Source: Ottowia oryzae
Lineage (GTDB): Bacteria; Pseudomonadota; Gammaproteobacteria; Burkholderiales; Burkholderiaceae_C
Reading direction: 5' to 3'
NCBI RefSeq assembly: GCF_003008535.1
Contig: NZ_CP027666.1
Location: 2,892,176 to 2,924,175 of the forward strand
DNA: 32,000 nt
In this document: positions 20,261 through 25,734 of the stretch, one piece after another
Layout of the letters: each line of letters begins with the position of its first letter
Numbering within the stretch: the stretch's first letter is position 1
Program-made: the position numbers and the translations under genes
The notes under the pieces: generated by a model
Told to the model about the DNA's origin: nothing
What the model saw: only the letters and a program-made list of their open reading frames with translations
Database searches by the model: none

Positions 20261-20489
20261 GATTTGCCATAAAGGCGTGTGATGCAGCGGCTGGGTTTGT
20301 TCGCCGCTGGTCATGAGGCGCCGACGAAGCCCAGCACAGCGTGAAACATCGAAGGCGCGCGTCAGCCGACGCGCTCTGACCGGCCTACCGCGCATCACGC
20401 TGCCGATCGCGCCTAGACGGCCACTGCTTACCCACCCCAGCCGCGCGTCGCGCCACACCGCCGCCGGGCCTTGCCTCTATCCTCACCCC

Positions 20490-21074
20490 ATGGAACCCAT
20501 CAAACCCTACTTGCCCGCCTGGGCTGTTGGCTGGTCGGACGTGATCTGGCCCACGCTGCAGGTGGCCGCCATCGTGGCGGTGGCCTGGGTGCTGCAGGCG
20601 CTGATCCGGCGTTTGCTGACCCGGCTGGGCCAGCGCTACCAGCTGCCCGCCAACGTGGTGGCGCCCACGCGCAACCTGGCGCGCTGGGTGATCTACGGCG
20701 TGGCGGTGGTGGCGGTGCTCGAGCGCATTGGCGTGTCATCCACCGTGCTGTGGACGGGCATCACCAGCTTCGTGACCGTGGCGGCGGTGGCGTTTTTTGC
20801 CGCATGGAGCGTGCTGTCCAACCTGTTCTGCGCGCTGCTGATCTTCACCACCCGGCCGTTTCGCGAAGGCGACGTGGTGGAGGTGATCGACTCGGGCGAC
20901 AAGCCCGGAATCAAGGGCCGCGTGGTCGACATCCGGTTGATCTACACCGTCATGCAAGACCAAGACGCCGCGCACCCGGGCGCCCTGCTCCAGGTGCCGA
21001 ACACGCTGTTCTTTCAGAAATCGCTGCGCCGCTGGCGGGCGGGCACCGACTTCCGGGCGCCTGGCGACGGCTGA
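20490..21074 (+). CDS. short MscS-family mechanosensitive channel-like protein
   Basis: 194 aa. It has TM helices and then the MscS pore-helix/beta-domain signature (WSVLSNLFCALLIFTTRPFREGDVVEVID...GRVVDIRLIYTVM). It lacks the usual C-terminal alpha/beta domain. The stop codon lies in the first bases of repeat A. Confidence 0.72.
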   Translation: MEPIKPYLPAWAVGWSDVIWPTLQVAAIVAVAWVLQALIRRLLTRLGQRYQLPANVVAPTRNLARWVIYGVAVVAVLERIGVSSTVLWTGITSFVTVAAVAFFAAWSVLSNLFCALLIFTTRPFREGDVVEVIDSGDKPGIKGRVVDIRLIYTVMQDQDAAHPGALLQVPNTLFFQKSLRRWRAGTDFRAPGDG

Positions 21075-21218
21075 TACGAATCCGCCCTCAAAAATATAAG
21101 AACCGTTCGGGCTGAGCCTGGCCTGTCCTGAGCTTGTCGAAGGGTCGAAGCCCTGCGCGGTGCATGCACTTCGACAAGCTCAGTGCGAACGGTTTCTGAC
21201 GGATTGAACGCAATTTGG
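21071..21218 (+). repeat. palindromic MITE/REP-like element, copy A (148 nt)
   Basis: It matches the reverse complement of 23944-24067 with one mismatch over the 124 shared positions, plus a 24-nt extra arm (21121-21144). Internally it is a long imperfect hairpin (aaccgttcgggctgagcctgtcgaag ... cttcgacaagctcagtgcgaacggtt). When translated it gives 'SLSK...FDKLR'-type pseudo-peptides. Confidence 0.9.
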
Positions 21219-21248
21219 CATGAGGCGCCGAATACCAGCTAAATCGAC

Positions 21249-21282
21249 CTGCAGCGCAGTCTGCGCCTGCACTGGCAGCTAT
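21249..21282. repeat. REP-like element copy R7 (degenerate)
   Basis: The sequence is ctgcagcgc-agtct-gcgcctgcactggcagctat followed by ctttttt. It shares the ..GCAGCTAT end and the GC-palindrome core with the family. Confidence 0.5.
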
Positions 21283-21476
21283 CTTTTTTGAAGCCAATCG
21301 ACCGATCCGCTGGCTGCGCGAAGGCGGACCGTCCCATCCGGCCCCGCGCACCCACCGCTATCCCGATGAGAGCACCCGGCGCACGTCAGACGGGCGCTGG
21401 CGTCGGATTGGACTGATGAACCGGCAACGCCCTCGCCGCATCAAGGCCCATCAGGGCGCATTGGAGGCCGCATCGA

Positions 21477-23186
21477 TCAAGGCTTCAGCGCCGCAAAGTC
21501 TTCCTCGAAAAACTCCAGCGGGCCGCGCGCTTCGGGCGCGGCGCTGCGTTCGGCCTCTGACCGGCGCATCTGCACGCGCCGGATCTTGCCGCTGATGGTC
21601 TTGGGCAGCTCATCGACAAACTGCAGGCGGCGCACGCGCTGGTACGGCGCCAGGCGCGCGCGCGCAAAGCTCAGGATGTCTTCGGCCAGCTCTGGCCCCG
21701 GCGCGTGCCCCAGGCCCACGGTGACGTAGGCCTTGGGCACGGCCAGGCGCAGCGCGTCGGGGCTGGGGACGATGGCCACCTCGGTCACGGCGGGGTGCTC
21801 GATCAGCACGCTTTCCAGCTCAAACGGGCTGATGCGGTAGTCGCTGGCCTTGAACACATCGTCCGCGCGGCCCACGAAGGTGATGTAGCCGTCGGCGTCG
21901 CGCGTGGCGGTGTCGCCGGTGTGGTAGCAGCCCTCGCGCATGACGTTGGTGGTGGCCTGGGCGCTGTCTTCGTAGCCCACCATCAGGCCCAACGGGCGCA
22001 CGGCCAGGTTCAGGCCCACTTCGCCTTCGTCGGCCGGGTTGTCGTCCACGTCCAGCAACACCACTTCGTAGCCGGGCAAGGGCCGGCCCATGCTGCCGGG
22101 CTTGACGGGCTGGCCCGGCGTGTTGCCGATCTGCGCCGTGGTTTCGGTCTGGCCGAAGCCGTCGCGCAACGTCAGGCCCCAGGCCTGTTGCACCTGGTCG
22201 ATGATTTCGGGGTTCAGCGGCTCGCCCGCGCCCAGCACTTCGCGCAGCGCCAGGCGGGCGGCCCAGGGGCGCAGGTCTTCCTGGATCAACATGCGCCACA
22301 CGGTGGGTGGCGCGCACAGCGTGGTCACGCGGTGCTGCTCGATGGCTTTGAGCAGCGCGGGCGCCGCAAAACGGCTGTAGTTGAAGATGAAGACGGTGGC
22401 GCCCGCGTTCCACGGCGCGAAAAAGCAGCTCCAGGCGTGCTTGGCCCAGCCGGGCGAGCTGATGTTCAGGTGCACGTCGCCGGGCTGCAGGCCGATCCAG
22501 TACATGGTGCTGAGGTGCCCCACCGGGTAGCTTTGGTGCGTGTGCAGCACCAGCTTGGGCTTGGACGTGGTGCCGCTGGTGAAATACAGCAGCAGCGGGT
22601 CGGTGGCCTGCGTGGGGCCGTCGGGCGTGAAATCGGCCGGCGCAGTGGCGCTGTCGGCGTAGTCGAGCCAACCCGCCACGGGCTGGCCCACGGCGATGCG
22701 GGTGAAGCGGCCGCGCAGGTCGGCGAACTTGGGCGCGTGTTCGCTGGCGGCGGCCACGTGGCTCACCTTGCCGCGCGCCAGGCGGTCGGCCAGGTCGTCG
22801 GGCGTCAGCATCGGCGTGGCGGGGATCATCACCGCACCCAGCTTGATGCAGGCCAGCATCAGCTCCCACAGGGGCAGCTCATTGCCCATCATCAGCAGAA
22901 TGCGGTCGCCGCGCTGCACACCTTGCGCGCGCAGCCAGTTGGCCACCTGGCCCGAGCGGGCGCTGAGTTGCGCAAAGCTGCGGCGCACTTCGCTGCCGTC
23001 TTCGGCCACGATGTGCAGGGCCGTGGCGTCGTTGCCGCGGGCCATGGCGTCGAAATAGTCCAGCGCCCAGTTGAACTCGGTCAGCGCGGGCCACTGGAAA
23101 TCGCGGTACGCGGTGGTGTAGTCGGTTCGATGCTTGAGCAGGAAATCCCGCGCCTGGGTGAAGGCGTCGAGCGCAGTGGCGGCCAT
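21477..23186 (-). CDS. AMP-dependent acyl-CoA synthetase/ligase (medium-chain ACSM/MacS-like)
   Basis: 569 aa with these adenylate-forming superfamily blocks:
- the AMP-binding motif YFTSGTTSKPKLV;
- GFGQTETT;
- YHTGD;
- GRADDVFKASDYRISPFELE;
- ISGKIRR.

GGAGA sits 5 nt upstream of ATG 23186. Confidence 0.92.
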   Translation of the reverse strand: MAATALDAFTQARDFLLKHRTDYTTAYRDFQWPALTEFNWALDYFDAMARGNDATALHIVAEDGSEVRRSFAQLSARSGQVANWLRAQGVQRGDRILLMMGNELPLWELMLACIKLGAVMIPATPMLTPDDLADRLARGKVSHVAAASEHAPKFADLRGRFTRIAVGQPVAGWLDYADSATAPADFTPDGPTQATDPLLLYFTSGTTSKPKLVLHTHQSYPVGHLSTMYWIGLQPGDVHLNISSPGWAKHAWSCFFAPWNAGATVFIFNYSRFAAPALLKAIEQHRVTTLCAPPTVWRMLIQEDLRPWAARLALREVLGAGEPLNPEIIDQVQQAWGLTLRDGFGQTETTAQIGNTPGQPVKPGSMGRPLPGYEVVLLDVDDNPADEGEVGLNLAVRPLGLMVGYEDSAQATTNVMREGCYHTGDTATRDADGYITFVGRADDVFKASDYRISPFELESVLIEHPAVTEVAIVPSPDALRLAVPKAYVTVGLGHAPGPELAEDILSFARARLAPYQRVRRLQFVDELPKTISGKIRRVQMRRSEAERSAAPEARGPLEFFEEDFAALKP

Positions 23187-23324
23187 GCTTGTCTCCGGTC
23201 TTGCCTTGGATGGCCCGCCGCCAACGGCGTATGGCGGGCCTTGGCGGCATCGTAGCGCACCCGGCGGTGCGGGCGCCGCGCAGGCAGCGCGGCCGATCAC
23301 ATGTTGAATTTCAATGAACCAAAC

Positions 23325-23361
23325 GGCCTCTGGCGCAGGTGCCACCAGCGCTAGCAGCTAT
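23325..23361. repeat. REP-like element copy R5
   Basis: The sequence is ggcctctggcgc-aggtgccacca-gcgctagcagctat followed by gaaatcag. It has the same architecture and flanks as R1 in reverse orientation. Confidence 0.7.
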
Positions 23362-23446
23362 GAAATCAGAAGCACCCAAAACGACACCGCGCGCGGTGGC
23401 ATGCCAGCGCGCGCGGATGAAGGGGCGCGCCAGAGGCGCCAGCCGA

Positions 23447-23872
23447 TCAGGGGTGCGAGGGGGTGTGCCCGGCCGCGTCGGGCGCGGGCGCTTTCACTTC
23501 GCGCCAGCCCACGTCCTGCACGGCGGTGGGCGCCGTGGGGGCAGCGCCGGTGAAGCCGTTGGCGTCGGCGCGCGGCGTGGCGCTGGCGGGCTCAGCCTTG
23601 CGCCAGCCCTGGCGGGCCAGGCCGCGCGTCATGTCGCGGTAGCGGCGCCACAGCACGGTGACGGCGGCGGGCCGGCCGGTGAACACGCTAGCGATCAGGC
23701 TGGTGACGACCATCACCGCCAGCCACACCAGCAGGCTGAGCGCGAACACCACGCCCATGGTGGCCAGCAGCGTCCAGACCATCAGGCTCATCAGGCGGCC
23801 AAAAAAACGCTCGGCAGCATTGCCGGGCGCGGCGGCAGGAGGGGTGAGGTAGCGGTAAGGCATGTCGTTCAT
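23447..23872 (-). CDS. hypothetical small membrane protein (two TM helices, Ala/Pro-rich tail)
   Basis: 141 aa from ATG 23872. There are two adjacent hydrophobic helices (LMSLMVWTLLATMGVVFALSLLVWLAVMVVTSLIASVF) and codon position 3 is GC-rich. I recognise no family. The longer ORF to 23947 runs into repeat B. Confidence 0.5.
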   Translation of the reverse strand: MNDMPYRYLTPPAAAPGNAAERFFGRLMSLMVWTLLATMGVVFALSLLVWLAVMVVTSLIASVFTGRPAAVTVLWRRYRDMTRGLARQGWRKAEPASATPRADANGFTGAAPTAPTAVQDVGWREVKAPAPDAAGHTPSHP

Positions 23873-23943
23873 GGCATTTTGACGTGAATTGACCTGCAAA
23901 GTTCGGCTTTCTGTCACGAAAGCTGGGCTGATCCAGGCTATTA

Positions 23944-24067
23944 CCAAATTGCGTTCAATCCGTCAGAAACCGTTCGCACTGAGCTTGTCGAAGTGCATGC
24001 ACCGCGCAGGGCTTCGACAGGCTCAGCCCGAACGGTTCTTATATTCTTGAGGGCGGATTCGTATCAG
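23944..24067 (-). repeat. palindromic MITE/REP-like element, copy B (124 nt, inverted relative to copy A)
   Basis: Its reverse complement matches copy A with a single mismatch (G/A in tcaaGaatat) and lacks the 24-nt extra arm. It overlaps the last codons of nagZ. Confidence 0.9.
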
Positions 24068-25148
24068 GGAGCAGCCCCAGCGACTGCAGGTACTCGGGCG
24101 ATCGCATCAGTTCGTCCCAATCTGGCGACGACGTGGCGGGTATCAAGGCCGTGCGGCGCGCGTCGGCGGCGGCGCTGGGGCGCCAGCGGCCGGTCAGCTG
24201 GGCTTTGGCCAGCCCGTCGATCACGTCGTCCAGCACGTCGCCGCCTTGCAGCGACTGGTTGCACATCAGCGCCAAGTCGCACCCCGCGTCCAGCGCGGCC
24301 AGCACGGCTTCGGTGGGGGTCAGCTGCTGGCCGCCGATGTGGCGCGCGCCTTCCATGGACAGATCGTCGGTGAACACGGCGCCGCCAAAGCCCAGGCGCC
24401 CGCGCAGCACGGCCTGCAGCCAGCGCGCCGAATAGCCCGCCGGGCGCGCGTCCACACGCGGGTACACCACGTGCGCGGCCATCACGGCGGTGAGCGTGCT
24501 GCGCTGCCAGCCGTAGGGCGCGGCGTCGTCCTGCAGGATGGCGCGCAGCGTGCGCCGGTCGATGGGCACGTGCGTGTGCGAATCGGCCGCCACGTGGCCG
24601 TGCCCCGGAAAGTGCTTGCCGCAATGCGCCATGCCCGCGCGCAGCATGCCGTGCGCCACGCTTTTGGCCAGCATGGTCACGACGCGCGGGTCGGCGTGAA
24701 AGGCGCGGTCGCCAATCACTGTGCTGCGCGATGGGCCTGGTGCAGCGCCCTGCTCGCTCCAGTCCAGATCCAGCACGGGGGTGAAGGAAAAATCGACCCC
24801 GCAGGCGCGCAGCTCAGCCGCCAGCACGTGGCCGCAGGCGCTGGCCGCGTCTTGCGCGCGCATGGGGTCTTGCATCCACAAATCGCCCAGCGCGCGCATG
24901 GGCGGCAGGTGGGTGAAGCCATCGGTGCGAAAGCGCTGCACGCGCCCGCCTTCATGGTCCACGCAGATCAGCAGGTCGCGGCGCAGGCGGTGGATGCTGG
25001 CCGTGAGCGCCGTCAGCTGTGCGCGGCTTTGCCAGTTGCGCGTGAACAAGATCAAGCCGCCGACCAGCGGGTGCGACAGGCGCCGGCGGTCGTCTGTGGT
25101 GAGTTCGGTGCCGGCAATGTCGATGAGCAGGGGCGACTGGATTTCCAT
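24039..25148 (-). CDS. nagZ: beta-N-acetylhexosaminidase (peptidoglycan recycling, GH3)
   Basis: MEIQSPLLIDIAGTELTTDDRRRLSHPLVGGLILFTRN is the typical NagZ N-terminus. VDHEGGRVQRF and KHFPGHG are GH3 motifs. ATG 25148 is preferred over the longer ORF (25298). Confidence 0.92.
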   Translation of the reverse strand: MEIQSPLLIDIAGTELTTDDRRRLSHPLVGGLILFTRNWQSRAQLTALTASIHRLRRDLLICVDHEGGRVQRFRTDGFTHLPPMRALGDLWMQDPMRAQDAASACGHVLAAELRACGVDFSFTPVLDLDWSEQGAAPGPSRSTVIGDRAFHADPRVVTMLAKSVAHGMLRAGMAHCGKHFPGHGHVAADSHTHVPIDRRTLRAILQDDAAPYGWQRSTLTAVMAAHVVYPRVDARPAGYSARWLQAVLRGRLGFGGAVFTDDLSMEGARHIGGQQLTPTEAVLAALDAGCDLALMCNQSLQGGDVLDDVIDGLAKAQLTGRWRPSAAADARRTALIPATSSPDWDELMRSPEYLQSLGLLPDTNPPSRI

Positions 25149-25214
25149 GGTGGCGCGGGCCGCGTTGGCCCCTAGAGTGAAGCGGTGCGGCAGTGTAGCC
25201 GCTCTCATGTTTTG

Positions 25215-25250
25215 ATAGCTGCTGGCGCACGCCGCACGGGCGCTACAGCT
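25215..25250. repeat. REP-like element copy R3 (degenerate)
   Basis: The sequence is atagctgctggcgc-acgccgcacgg-gcgctacagct, preceded by tttg. It lies in the acpS-nagZ gap. Confidence 0.6.
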
Positions 25251-25272
25251 CGATTGGCTTGATAAGACTTGC

Positions 25273-25677
25273 TCAGGCCGCTGTGCCTGCGCGCTCAACC
25301 ACGCAGAAGCTGGCCGCGTATTCGCTTTCGTCCGTCACGGTGATGTGCGCCGTCAGGCCCCTGGCTTCAAACCAGGGCTTCAGCTCGCCGTGCAGCACGA
25401 TCACCGGCTCGCCGCTGGGGCGGTTGGCGATCTCGCACAGCCGCCAGTGCATGGGCAGGCGCATGCCCAGGCCGATGGCCTTGCTGAACGCCTCTTTGGC
25501 CGAAAAGCGGGTGGCCAGGTAGCGCACGCCGCGCTCGGGCCAGCGCGCACCGCGGCGGCGCCAGACGGCCAGCTCGGCGTCGGACAGGATTTTTTCGGCA
25601 AAGCGCTCGCCATGCCGCTCAAAGCTGGCGCGGATGCGGCGAATGTCGCAAATGTCGGTGCCGATGCCGTAGATCAT
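25273..25677 (-). CDS. acpS: holo-[acyl-carrier-protein] synthase
   Basis: [15 protein letters not shown]... together with [10 protein letters not shown] are canonical AcpS motifs. The protein is 134 aa. Confidence 0.95.
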
Positions 25678-25692
25678 TTTTACAAGCCAAAT

Positions 25693-25730
25693 CAGCCGCC
25701 AGCGCTTGATGGACGGGCGCGAGCAGCTAT
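25693..25730. repeat. REP-like element copy R4
   Basis: The sequence is cagccgccagcgc-ttgatggacgg-gcgcgagcagctat followed by tgaatcagga. It lies directly downstream of the RM gene, and the stop codon at 25735-25737 falls in the repeat flank. Confidence 0.75.
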
Positions 25731-25734
25731 TGAA

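Noticed and set aside
21088-21351. An 87-aa minus-strand ORF (..FALSLSKCMHRAGLRPFDKLRTGQAQPERF..).
   Set aside because: It is encoded almost entirely by palindromic element copy A and REP copy R7. 'SLSK...FDKLR' peptides are the typical spurious translation of this kind of repeat.
21219-23943. The repeat-bracketed segment, considered as a genuine composite transposon or integrated mobile element.
   Set aside because: No transposase, integrase or target-site duplication is visible, and GC content and codon usage match the surroundings. It is kept as a finding (cassette or invertible segment) but not annotated as a mobile element.
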